32,000 bases of DNA from Okeania sp. (GCF_035285525.1 NZ_JAYKGW010000065.1:1-32000), one strand, 5' to 3'. Positions 1-8,541 are shown, numbered from the stretch's first letter. Made by a program: numbers and translations. The notes: generated by a model from the sequence alone, not told the origin.

Positions 1-112
1 GTTCTACATCAAGAGAGAACATTTAAACCCAGGCTTCGCCAAAAAATGAACCAGGCTGCTATGAACAACAATTATATGATCACTGTTCTCCATGCCTTCT
101 GTTAAGGCTCTT

Positions 113-541
113 TTAGATGAGCTTACCCTGAGGGTTGAGCCAGTTTTCAACTTTCAAATTAGGGATACGGGAAAATTCACTAAGATTTGCTGTAATAACT
201 GTTAAATTTAATGTTAAAGCATGAGCAGCAATTAATAAATCATTGCCTCCAATGGGTATTCCTTGACTTTCTAAATAAGTACGGATTTCTGCGTAATATT
301 CCTCTACAGGATCGGTTAGAGGTAATATTTTAATTTTACTTAAGATCGTTTCTAGTTTTTCTATGAGCTTTTGAGACTTCTTTTTTCTAGCTCCAAATTT
401 TAATTCACAAGCGACAATAATACTTGTACAAACTTTATCCTCTCCGACTTCTTTAATTTTGGAAAATATTATGGCTCTTGGATTTTTAATTAATTCAGAA
501 ATGATGTTTGTATCTAATAAATATAAATAACTCATTTTCAC
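113..541 (-). CDS. vapC: PIN-domain ribonuclease toxin (VapC-like) of a type II toxin-antitoxin pair
   Basis: 142-aa ORF. PIN acidic signature appears in the expected order: 'YLLDTN' (N-terminal Asp), 'VACELKFG' (Glu), 'GGNDLLIAAHA' (Asp), 'TVITAN'. Translationally coupled to the upstream small ORF: GTG at 541 overlaps its TGA by 4 nt, and an alternative ATG at 535 lies 2 nt after it. Confidence 0.8.
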   Translation of the reverse strand: MKMSYLYLLDTNIISELIKNPRAIIFSKIKEVGEDKVCTSIIVACELKFGARKKKSQKLIEKLETILSKIKILPLTDPVEEYYAEIRTYLESQGIPIGGNDLLIAAHALTLNLTVITANLSEFSRIPNLKVENWLNPQGKLI

Positions 542-768
542 AAATCAATGTCATCTAAAGGTAATAACCCTTCCTCTACATCCGGAAAATCTTCATCTAG
601 GGGTTCGAGGGTAGAAAGAGTTTGCAGGAGAGATTTTTTTTTTGCAGGAGAAATAATAGCGAATGGTACCCCATTTTGAATAATAGTTAAGGATTCGCCT
701 GTTTTTTGTGTTTGGTTAATTAAGTTTTGAATGGTTTCAGGAAATTCTGTCAGGAGTATTTGTTTCAT
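538..768 (-). CDS. Antitoxin partner of the PIN toxin (Phd/YefM- or VapB-like)
   Basis: 76-aa ORF directly upstream of and coupled to the PIN gene. N-terminal 'ETIQNLINQTQKTGESLTIIQNGVPFAIISP' resembles the Phd/YefM-type fold. Acidic C-terminal tail 'EDFPDVEEGLLPLDDIDL' is typical of toxin-neutralising tails. Confidence 0.65.
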   Translation of the reverse strand: MKQILLTEFPETIQNLINQTQKTGESLTIIQNGVPFAIISPAKKKSLLQTLSTLEPLDEDFPDVEEGLLPLDDIDL

Positions 769-1063
769 TGTGAGTTATGGAGTTAGGGGTTTTAGTTGAT
801 AATAACAGGACTTATACCATTTCTCAAAAAGTTTTCTACATTTGATTGAGCAGGGTAGGGATGTTAGCATTTTTGTTATGCAACGTCCGTACAGGAGTAA
901 GAAAGTGGGGGAGAAGTAAACATCAGAAAAATTTACATTAACTTAGCTAAAATTGGCAAAAAATGATTTGGTTTCTGTTAATTATTTGATGACTGAAGTA
1001 TTCCTCAAGTATAGCAATAATCCATGGAAATTGGTATTACACAGATACCATAATATAGTCTTC

Positions 1064-1085
1064 AAAACTATAGCGCTATAGTTTT
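1064..1085. promoter_or_regulatory. Perfect 22-bp palindrome in the vapB / nrdJ divergent spacer (candidate operator or bidirectional hairpin)
   Basis: 'aaaactatagcgctatagtttt' equals its own reverse complement and is followed by further T residues. It shares the half-site 'CTATAG' with the two elements nearer the nrdJ start. Confidence 0.3.
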
Positions 1086-1318
1086 TTTGAATCTATACAT
1101 AGTACCTTTGTGTAAGTCTTAATAACATTGACTTGCGTTAATTAAGCACGATACAAAAAGATGCCATAGATAATTGAGTCATCTGGAAGATGACTTAAGC
1201 TATTACAATTATTTACCTGTCAAGTAGATTCACCATAAAATTTTTCAAACACTTGGCATAAATAAAAAGTCAAAAGTAAAAGCAAAAGTCCCACGCAGCA
1301 TTTCCCCACCGACTCACA

Positions 1319-1382
1319 ACTAATATAGTAATCTGGTTAATTTGTCAATAAATTGACGCTAAATCTGAAATATAGCTATATT
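1319..1382. promoter_or_regulatory. Two AT-rich inverted repeats just upstream of nrdJ (candidate NrdR-type or other operator sites)
   Basis: 'actaatatagt' (ACTA-N3-TAGT, about 1319-1329) and the perfect 14-bp palindrome 'aatatagctatatt' (1369-1382, 50 nt before the ATG). Assignment to NrdR is a guess based on palindromic AT-rich character and position. Confidence 0.25.
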
Positions 1383-1431
1383 GGAAATTTCTTGACTTTA
1401 TTTTCCAATAAATTCTATTTTCAATTTCACT

Positions 1432-4400
1432 ATGGTACAAGAACTAGAAAGGGTACATCAGGGCGATTTCCCAGAAACAGCTCCCACTGCGAACCCCGTA
1501 TTCTACAGAACTTATAGCCGTAAGACAGAAACTGGCCGTGAGACCTGGAGAGAAGTATGTGATCGCACAATTAATGGCCTGAGAAAATTAGGCCAACTCA
1601 CCCCAGAAGAAACAGACCTACTCTATCGGATGCAGAGCCAACTTAAGGCTCTATCCTCTGGCCGTTGGTTGTGGGTAGGTGGCACAGACTGGATTACTCA
1701 ACAACAAAATTTTTCCGGGGCCTATAACTGTTCGTCCACAAATATTATAGACTGGCGGTCTTTTGGTCTATTAATGGACTTAGCCATGATGGGATGTGGT
1801 ACCGGTGCGGTCTTGGAACCACGTTATATAAATCAACTGCCACCCATTCGCAATCATCTAAATGTAGTATTGCGGGGTGAAGTTGGTAGTACTCCCTGTG
1901 AGTTACGTCGTGAATTGACAGAAGTCAAATTTCATCAAGACCAAGCAGAAATATTTATCGGTGATAGTCGTCAAGGTTGGGTTGGTGCATATCAGGCTTT
2001 GTTAGAATTGTCAAGTGATGAGCGATTCTCAGGAAAAGCGGATGTCATTATTGACTTGAATGATGTGAGACCTGCGGGCGAACGTTTAAAAGGATTTGGC
2101 GGTGTTGCTAATCCGGTGAAGTTGCCAGAATTATATCAACGTTGTGGGAACATATTAAATCGAGCAGTTGGGCGACAATTAAATTCTGTGGAATGTTGTT
2201 TGCTGATTGACGAAGCTGCAGCCTGCATAGTGGCAGGGAATATTCGTAGATCTGCAGGAATTAGGCAAGGACTTAGTAGCGATCGCCTCTTTGCTGTAGC
2301 GAAGGATAATCTCTGGCGACAAGATGAAAATGGTAACTGGGGTATCGATCCGAATAGAGATGCTCTGCGAATGGCAAATCATACTCATGTTTTCCACCAC
2401 AAACCAACATTAGAAGAATGTGTTGAGGCAGTGAGAAAACAGTTTTATTCTGGTGAAGGTGCGATTCAGTGGGCAGGTGAAGCAGTTGCTCGTGCTAATC
2501 GGGATTTACTTTCAACCACAGAAATAAAGAGAGATTTTTTGAAAGCTTATGGAGAAAATAATGCCAAAAAATGGTTTCAAGAACACTATCCAAATATTAG
2601 TAATGATGAACTGGAACATCGGTTAGCAAGATTAGGGTTAAATCCTTGCCATTCTGGGGATACTTTGGTGTCTACAGACCAAGGGTTAATTCCGATTCAG
2701 GATTTAGTAGGTAAACAGTTTAAAGCATTGGTGGATTTGCGTTCTGTCGGTTTATCTGGTGTGAAGTTGACGGACGCGATCGCTTTTGCAACAGGAGTTA
2801 AAACTACCTACAAAGTTATGCTGACTAATGGAATGCAAATGCGATGTACAGCAGACCATCAACATTTTACCAGTCGAGGTTGGGTTAGCACTCAAGATTT
2901 AACTGATGATGACAATATTTATGTTCAGAGAGGAGCAGGTCATTTTGGTAAAGGTACTATTTCTGTTGCTCAAGCTCAAATGCTTGGTTGGTGGTACGGA
3001 GATGGATTTAATGTTAGGATAAAAGCTCGAAGTGATGGTCATGGTAGAAAGCAAGATCATTTTGCTAAAGGGTTTGTTTTTAACCAGGATGAGTATGAAA
3101 CTGCCGACAATATTGTTGGAAAAGCAGTTATTACAACAGCCAAAGAATATGTAACTACACTGCATAAAGGAGTCTATGAATTTCGTACCCAATCTCCTAA
3201 ATTAGAAAAGTTTTTTGCCGATTTAGGTATACTTGGAAAAGAAGAACTTCCTCATAACTTTTTGAGTCAATCTCAGGAAGTTTTAATTGGTTTTTTACAA
3301 GGAATTTTTAGTGCTAATGGTTCAGTAGATAAAGATTATAGAAGAATCAAATTAGCTATGGTTTCGGAAAAAATACTCCAACAAATTCAATTAATTCTCT
3401 CTAATTTAGGCATTATTAGTACAGTTAGATTAGTGAGGGAAAAAGGTGACAGAGGTGTGTCTTATAGGACTGTTGATGGAACTGAGAAAATTCGCTTAGA
3501 CCAAGGCAGTTATGGATTATTTATCTCTACTTTTAACTTTGATTTATTTCAAGAATTAATTGGCTTTTCACTATGCCAAAATAAGGGTGTTAAAGCTGAA
3601 AAATGGCTCCTAAAACCATTGCCTAATTATTCTGAATCAACTATTAATTCTAAGTTTACTTCCAAGGTAAAAAAAGTTGAAGAATTTGGAGAAGAAGTTG
3701 TTTATGATTTGCACGTTCCTTTAACTAATTCTTTCATTGCTAATGGTTGTTTAACTCACAATTGCGGCGAAATAATTGGGGCAAATTTTCACTGTGTGAG
3801 CGAAGATACTTTATTAATTACTCGCGACAGTATTCACAAAATTAAAGATATTGTTGGTCAAAAAGTTGAAGTTTGGAACGGTAAAAATTGGAGTCAAGTA
3901 ATTCCTTTGAAAACAGGAAAATACAGAAAATTATACCGGGTTAAATTTGGGGATGGTTCCTATCTTGATGTGACAGAATATCACCGATTTTTTGTCAAAG
4001 ATAGGTTTGGTAAAAACTATCAAGAAGTACAAACAAAAGATTTGCTAACTCATAGCAAATATACCTTACATACGGAACCTTTTGTCATAGACTATCGCGA
4101 TGGAAATTCTATCAATTCATATTACGCTTATAAATTAGGTGTAGCCATAGGCAAATCAGAAAATGTAGGTTGGGTAGAACGAAGTGAAACCCAACACGCA
4201 CCTTATTCTAGTTGGGTTTATCCTGCGGATAAGCTGGCGCTAACGGAGTACCTCAACCCAACCTACGGTGATGGAAATGATAATACCAAAATTCGACAAT
4301 ATAATTATCTACCTACTTTTGTAGATGTCACAGATTTAGGATTCTCTGGAGAATTACTGCGTCGTTTACAAACTGAACCTGATGCTTTAAATATTATTGC

Positions 4401-7011
4401 TAGTTGGAATAAACCAGCAATTTTGGCTTTTATTGCCGGATTAGCAGATACAGATGGTTCTAATACTAAAAGTAATGGAATCAGAATTTATTTGTCTGAT
4501 TATGAACGGGCAAAAAGATTACAATTACTGTTGACAAAATGTGGCATTCGTGCATCAGTAAATTTAATGGCAAGTAGCGGTTCTACTACAAATTTAGGAA
4601 CCAAAAATAAAGACCTTTACTATCTACAAATAACTGATTGTAGAGAAATTCCTTGTCAAAGATTAGACACAAGTAAAGGATGCGAACCTAAATTTAAAGG
4701 TAAAAATCAAACAATTGAAAGTGTTGAAGAACTACCAGGTTTACATGATACTTATTGTTTTGAAGAACCAGAATTTCACAAAGGTGTTTTTGGCAATACT
4801 TTGACAGGAAATTGTAATTTATCAGAAATTCATCTGAATCAAATTGACCCAAATAATCATAAAGAACAGGAGGAAGCTTTTACTGCTGGCGCTCTTTCCG
4901 TAGCAACTTTACTTAACCATAAATTCCTGGAACCTCGCTATAATTATAGTCGAGAATTAGACCCTATTGTTGGAGTATCTTTTACTGGTTTATTTGACTT
5001 TTTTGTAAAAGCTTTTGGTATTGAATGGTTGCATTGGTGGCAAGCAGGTCGCCCGAAAACTACTCAAGGTCTAGAATTTAAAGAACAGGAAGCAAAATAC
5101 CTAAGTCGGTGGCGCGAAATAGTGCATCAGGTGGTGTGGGATTATTGCGATCATCACAATCTGAAACGTCCGAACCGTTGTACAACAGTGCAACCTTCCG
5201 GTTGTCTCGACAAAACAGCATTGAGAATATTTAACCAAGGTTTACTCTATGCAGATGAAATAGTTGCACCTGGTAGTGGAGAAACAGTAGGATTAGAATT
5301 AACTGTTCGCAATGGAATAGGAGCATCCACAGCGATCGCTAATCAACCTCTAGAACTTGTGGAAGTCAAACTAGCTAATGGTCGGACATTACGCATGACT
5401 CCAAACCATCGGATGAGTGTCGCCGGGAAGTGGGTACATGGTTGCGATCTTAAACCTGGAATGTTGCTTGACTACAGTATTGGTGAATATGACAAACAAG
5501 AAGATGCTTTACTAATACCCTTGCAGTTAGAAAATTATACCAGGGTGAAACGGTCTCAAACATTAGGTCATAACCGTGGTGTTTTAACTGAGGAAATCGT
5601 GACTCCAGCAACTTTGACTCCAGACTTGGCTTACTTTATAGGTTGTTTATTTGGGAATGGTTGCATTTCTGAACACAAATATCGAATTTGTTTTTCTCAT
5701 AGCAGACTTGATATTTTGTATCGTCTCCAAGAAAAAGGCAAAAAATTATTCGGTATTGCAGGTAATATAAATGATCTTGGTAATGGTCGTTTTGAATTAT
5801 CTTTTGCTTCCAGACAGTTATTTGACTGGTTTCACTTAAATCAACTTGCCAAAACTGAGAAAAGCCAAGATTTAGACCGAATACCCATGAGTTTACGTCG
5901 GTCATCACGAGTTACCCTACTATCATTTTTCTGTGGTCTGATAGATACTGATGGATGTGTTCGTAAACAGGGAAACTTATCCATAGATTCAGCAAGTTCC
6001 GATTTTATTGGCAACTTGCAACAAATAGGGGAAGCGATCGGACTCTGTTTCAGTATATTTGAGAATATCAAGGGAGAGAACTTGCAACCCCAACAAAAAG
6101 ATATGTGGGGATTATGTCTGAGTCGAATGTTGTCTAACGCTGACGCTTTAGATTATCTCAATGAACACAGTATCAAATGTCAGGAACGACCCTTACTTCC
6201 ACCAAAGCGCGTATTCAGTTTTTCACCATACAAAATTGAATCTGTTAATATTGGGGCAGTTTGTGATTACTCTTATGATTTTGCCATTGAGGGTATAGAC
6301 GATAACGACTCTTGGTATTGGCAAGGTGCTTTGAAATCCCATAATACTAAATCTTTGTTAACAAATGCTGCTCCCGGTTGGCATCCACCTTTTGGTTTAC
6401 GCTGGGTGCGACGCATTACTTTTGCTAAAAATGACCCCGTAGCATTAGCTTGCCTTGATTATGGTTATTCCGTGATTCCTGGGCAGTCAAGCAAAGATGA
6501 AAATGGAAATTTACTCAACGATCCTTTTGACGATCGCGCCAAAGAATGGTTGGTGGAAATACCAGTTCAGGTATCTTGGATAGATTTACCAGGGATTGAA
6601 GAAATTGCTATTGAGAAGTTCAGCGCCACTGCCATGTTTGATTTTTACATGGTGGTGCAGAGTGCCTGGACAACTCACAACAGCAGCAGCACCATCTTAC
6701 TGACTGAAGAAGAAATCGAACCTTTGGGCAAAAGCATTTATGAAGCCATTCGCGATGATGAGGGTTATATCTCGTCAGCGTTGTTAGCGCGGTTTGATGC
6801 ACCGTTCCCCCGGTTGCCATTCGAGCGTATTTCTAAAGAGGAATATGAAAAATTGGAACGAGAGGTGTTGCAGCGACGTAAATCTGATGATTTCTCGGAG
6901 TTGATGAATGGTTATGTGTTAGCGAGTGACTTACCAGAAATGGGACCGCAAGATCCCGCTTGTTCGGGGATGGTTTGTGAGTTGAAGGGTTCAGAACCGG
7001 AAGTTAAGTAG
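1432..7011 (+). CDS. nrdJ: Class II (adenosylcobalamin-dependent) ribonucleotide reductase precursor carrying three inteins
   Basis: 1,859-aa ORF. Extein segments carry the conserved RNR loop 'NP-CGEI' (catalytic Cys), 'FH-CNLSEIHLN' and 'TTVQPSG-TKSLLTNAAPGWHPP', each split exactly at an intein boundary. Removing 372+340+381 aa leaves 766 aa, a normal length for cyanobacterial NrdJ. Confidence 0.93.
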   Translation: MVQELERVHQGDFPETAPTANPVFYRTYSRKTETGRETWREVCDRTINGLRKLGQLTPEETDLLYRMQSQLKALSSGRWLWVGGTDWITQQQNFSGAYNCSSTNIIDWRSFGLLMDLAMMGCGTGAVLEPRYINQLPPIRNHLNVVLRGEVGSTPCELRRELTEVKFHQDQAEIFIGDSRQGWVGAYQALLELSSDERFSGKADVIIDLNDVRPAGERLKGFGGVANPVKLPELYQRCGNILNRAVGRQLNSVECCLLIDEAAACIVAGNIRRSAGIRQGLSSDRLFAVAKDNLWRQDENGNWGIDPNRDALRMANHTHVFHHKPTLEECVEAVRKQFYSGEGAIQWAGEAVARANRDLLSTTEIKRDFLKAYGENNAKKWFQEHYPNISNDELEHRLARLGLNPCHSGDTLVSTDQGLIPIQDLVGKQFKALVDLRSVGLSGVKLTDAIAFATGVKTTYKVMLTNGMQMRCTADHQHFTSRGWVSTQDLTDDDNIYVQRGAGHFGKGTISVAQAQMLGWWYGDGFNVRIKARSDGHGRKQDHFAKGFVFNQDEYETADNIVGKAVITTAKEYVTTLHKGVYEFRTQSPKLEKFFADLGILGKEELPHNFLSQSQEVLIGFLQGIFSANGSVDKDYRRIKLAMVSEKILQQIQLILSNLGIISTVRLVREKGDRGVSYRTVDGTEKIRLDQGSYGLFISTFNFDLFQELIGFSLCQNKGVKAEKWLLKPLPNYSESTINSKFTSKVKKVEEFGEEVVYDLHVPLTNSFIANGCLTHNCGEIIGANFHCVSEDTLLITRDSIHKIKDIVGQKVEVWNGKNWSQVIPLKTGKYRKLYRVKFGDGSYLDVTEYHRFFVKDRFGKNYQEVQTKDLLTHSKYTLHTEPFVIDYRDGNSINSYYAYKLGVAIGKSENVGWVERSETQHAPYSSWVYPADKLALTEYLNPTYGDGNDNTKIRQYNYLPTFVDVTDLGFSGELLRRLQTEPDALNIIASWNKPAILAFIAGLADTDGSNTKSNGIRIYLSDYERAKRLQLLLTKCGIRASVNLMASSGSTTNLGTKNKDLYYLQITDCREIPCQRLDTSKGCEPKFKGKNQTIESVEELPGLHDTYCFEEPEFHKGVFGNTLTGNCNLSEIHLNQIDPNNHKEQEEAFTAGALSVATLLNHKFLEPRYNYSRELDPIVGVSFTGLFDFFVKAFGIEWLHWWQAGRPKTTQGLEFKEQEAKYLSRWREIVHQVVWDYCDHHNLKRPNRCTTVQPSGCLDKTALRIFNQGLLYADEIVAPGSGETVGLELTVRNGIGASTAIANQPLELVEVKLANGRTLRMTPNHRMSVAGKWVHGCDLKPGMLLDYSIGEYDKQEDALLIPLQLENYTRVKRSQTLGHNRGVLTEEIVTPATLTPDLAYFIGCLFGNGCISEHKYRICFSHSRLDILYRLQEKGKKLFGIAGNINDLGNGRFELSFASRQLFDWFHLNQLAKTEKSQDLDRIPMSLRRSSRVTLLSFFCGLIDTDGCVRKQGNLSIDSASSDFIGNLQQIGEAIGLCFSIFENIKGENLQPQQKDMWGLCLSRMLSNADALDYLNEHSIKCQERPLLPPKRVFSFSPYKIESVNIGAVCDYSYDFAIEGIDDNDSWYWQGALKSHNTKSLLTNAAPGWHPPFGLRWVRRITFAKNDPVALACLDYGYSVIPGQSSKDENGNLLNDPFDDRAKEWLVEIPVQVSWIDLPGIEEIAIEKFSATAMFDFYMVVQSAWTTHNSSSTILLTEEEIEPLGKSIYEAIRDDEGYISSALLARFDAPFPRLPFERISKEEYEKLEREVLQRRKSDDFSELMNGYVLASDLPEMGPQDPACSGMVCELKGSEPEVK
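2647..3762 (+). mobile_element. Intein 1 (372 aa) with LAGLIDADG homing-endonuclease domain, inserted directly before the catalytic Cys of 'NPCGEI'
   Basis: Starts 'CHSGDTLVSTD' (block A). Block B is 'TADHQHF'. LAGLIDADG motifs are 'LGWWYGDGF' and 'LIGFLQGIFSANGS'. Ends 'VYDLHVPLTNSFIANGCLTHN' followed by +1 Cys. Confidence 0.88.
3793..4812 (+). mobile_element. Intein 2 (340 aa) with a disrupted LAGLIDADG endonuclease domain
   Basis: Starts 'CVSEDTLLITRD'. Block B is 'TEYHRF'. Second LAGLIDADG motif is 'ILAFIAGLADTDGS'. Ends 'FHKGVFGNTLTGN' followed by +1 Cys of 'CNLSEIHLN'. The penultimate residue is Gly rather than His. Confidence 0.85.
4165..4266 (+). mobile_element. 102-bp MITE-like small dispersed repeat inserted in frame inside intein 2
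   Basis: Perfect 11-bp terminal inverted repeat 'gtaggttgggt' (4165-4175) / 'acccaacctac' (4256-4266) with internal 'ttgggt...acccaa' hairpins. Length is exactly 34 codons with no stop. It translates to 'VGWVERSETQH...LNPTY', typical of translated cyanobacterial repeat DNA. Confidence 0.6.
5203..6345 (+). mobile_element. Intein 3 (381 aa) with LAGLIDADG homing-endonuclease domain
   Basis: Starts 'CLDKTALRIF'. Block B is 'TPNHRM'. LAGLIDADG motifs are 'LAYFIGCLFGNGC' and 'LLSFFCGLIDTDGC'. Ends 'WYWQGALKSHN' followed by +1 Thr of 'TKSLL'. Confidence 0.88.
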
Positions 7012-7020
7012 AAAAAACCT

Positions 7021-7098
7021 AACCCCCCAACCCCCTTCCCTGGTAGGGAAGGGGGAGTTTCTCCCCTCTTAAAAGCAGGAGAGGGGTTGGGGGAGAGG
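7021..7098 (+). terminator. GC-rich composite hairpin cluster immediately after the nrdJ stop (probable terminator / dispersed repeat)
   Basis: 10-bp perfect stem 'cccccttccc'/'gggaaggggg' (7031-7055, loop tggta). Second stem 'cccctct'/'agagggg' (7063-7086). Outer complementarity 'ccccaaccccc'/'ggggttggggg'. No clean U-tract follows. Confidence 0.45.
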
Positions 7099-7296
7099 TC
7101 TTATATCAAATCCGGTTGAATAGTGATTAGAGTTGTTGGAGGGGATGGGGAGATGGGGGGATTGAAGTAATTTCTTAAATTACAAACATATATTATACTT
7201 TATGTTTTTATGTGCAATTAAGCGGATTTGACATTAGCCATTTTTTGTGGTTAATTCCCAACAACTCTATTGAAAGTTTCATAGGACTTAATATCT

Positions 7297-7557
7297 TATA
7301 TCATGTCCGGTTGAATAAACATCTCCAAAAATAAAAAATTAAATCAATTCTTATCCATAAATTATCAATTATTTCTTCCTGTTCCCACATATCTAGTGTT
7401 CCCTGTTCCCTCATTTGGAGGAGATGTCTAATAGTTATAAATAAAGAGGGAAGGAGTCAGGAGGACTGAATCACGAGTTAACCCACCCCTAACCCCTCCC
7501 AGGAAGAGAAAAGGAGGAGCAAGTTTTTTGATCACGCTCTGCTCCGGACATGATATT
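7297..7557. mobile_element. MITE-like element with 13-14-bp terminal inverted repeats (ATATCATGTCCGG family)
   Basis: 'tatatcatgtccgg' at 7297-7310 and 'ccggacatgatat' at 7544-7556 are reverse complements. Related ends occur at about 7103-7123 and 24844-24966. Confidence 0.5.
7364..7432 (+). repeat. Dispersed repeat family A ('ATCAATTA..TTCCCTGTTCCC..CTGGAGATGTCTA'), copy 1
   Basis: Shares ends and core with copies at 8458-8514 and 17518-17569, all in the same orientation. Degenerate cores lie at about 19340-19385 (reverse) and 28985-29015. Confidence 0.6.
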
Positions 7558-7715
7558 ACCGATGAACACTAATGGTAGGGTGTGTTTTGGGTTCCGCAAA
7601 GCTCCGCTTTATATGTCGGCTCAAGCGCCGAAACGCTACGCGACATGGAAAGCGGAGCATGACCTTAGGAAAAAGTGTATCTCGTAACCCACCGTAACTC
7701 TATATTTAGTAGCTC

Positions 7716-7743
7716 GTAGGGACATTGCATGCAACGTCCCTAC
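7716..7743. repeat. 28-bp near-perfect palindrome of the 'GTAGGGAC...GTCCCTAC' family
   Basis: 'gtagggacattgcatgcaacgtccctac' with one arm mismatch. Related hairpins lie at 855-892 and 19451-19474. It sits just 3' of the decayed DUF5615 reading frame. Confidence 0.6.
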
Positions 7744-7756
7744 AATGAAAAGCGCA

Positions 7757-8307
7757 CTATGATAAAGCAACCAGGGATAAAGTCTTATTTTCGTAAAATA
7801 ACTCGATCGCCCTAAACTCTCGACGCAGCAAATTTTCAACTTGTAATGTCGAAGAGTTCCCAAGGCGAATCCAAATCACTTTCGGTGGATTTCCAAATAC
7901 TAAACTCAGATCCTGCATATCAGCATCTTTCGAGACGATGATTAGATCGTTATATGCATGCATAATCCCAAACTATTGGGTCTATAGTCGCTTTCATGCC
8001 CACATCTCGAACATGAAGCGAGTTTGGGAAAATATCCCTCAAACGGTTTGGTAATATAGGCGATAGATTTTCATCAAAAAGTAATTTCAGAGGGATAATG
8101 GGGCAGTCATAAACCGACGTTCCGTCAGCAGCATAAGCAATGCAAGCTTTTAAATCTTCTCGCGTCAGATCGGGAAAATCGTCAAGAATTTCAGCTGCAG
8201 TCATCTCGGAAGCCAGGTACTCAAGCACTTCATAGACTGTAGCCACGGACACAAGGCTTACCATCACGTTTTTATGGCTCAATTGTAATGATGTCTCGGT
8301 AGTTCAT
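7757..8307 (-). pseudogene. Decayed DUF433 (antitoxin-like) / DUF5615 (Mut7-C/PIN-like) gene pair
   Basis: On the minus strand, ATG at 8307 gives 'MNYRDIITIEP', then an in-frame TAA, then 'KRDGKPCVRGY'. A frame change follows into 'VATVYEVLEYLASEMTAAEILDDFPDLTREDLKACIAYAAD' (DUF433-like). This reads through into 'LKLLFDENLSPILPNRLRDIFPNSLHVRDVG' (DUF5615-like N-terminus, ATG replaced by CTG). A second frame change gives 'DLIIVSKDADMQDLSLVFGNPPKVIWIRLGNSS'. Confidence 0.7.
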
Positions 8308-8457
8308 AAATTTGTTTTTTCTAGTTTGTCGAATAGTAGAGATAAAAAGCTAAACTCTAAACCCCAATCACATACACAATAATCCATCGCTGTTAAAAAC
8401 CCCTTACCCAATCCACTATCCTTACAAAAATATACAAACTTCACATAACTGGAAATA

Positions 8458-8514
8458 ATCAATTACTTCCCTCTGTCCGCTTTTCCCTGTTCCCTCTTTT
8501 CTGGAGATGTCTAT
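8458..8514 (+). repeat. Dispersed repeat family A, copy 2
   Basis: 'atcaattacttccctctgtccgcttttccctgttccctcttttctggagatgtctatt' aligns with 7364-7432 and 17518-17569. Confidence 0.6.
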
Positions 8515-8541
8515 TGACTATTATGATTTTTTCTTTAAATT

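Noticed and set aside
1-112. Possible partial gene at the left edge (a minus-strand ATG gives a 29-aa peptide)
   Set aside because: It is too short, has no motif and no reading frame is open to the window edge.
769-1431. Cobalamin riboswitch upstream of the B12-dependent nrdJ
   Set aside because: I could find no B12-box-like GC-rich core (such as a 'GCCACTG'-type element) or the associated conserved helices. The leader is AT-rich with only simple palindromes.
2179-6820. Five short antisense ORFs inside nrdJ (2179-2400, 2899-3192, 5636-5908, 5841-6071, 6620-6820)
   Set aside because: All are embedded in a strongly supported coding region on the opposite strand and have no recognisable motifs. 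They are chance ORFs.
7636-7863. 75-aa ORF on the - strand
   Set aside because: It runs through the palindromic repeat (translated as 'VGTLHAMSLR') and other dispersed repeat DNA, and overlaps the decayed DUF5615 frame. It is a repeat artefact.
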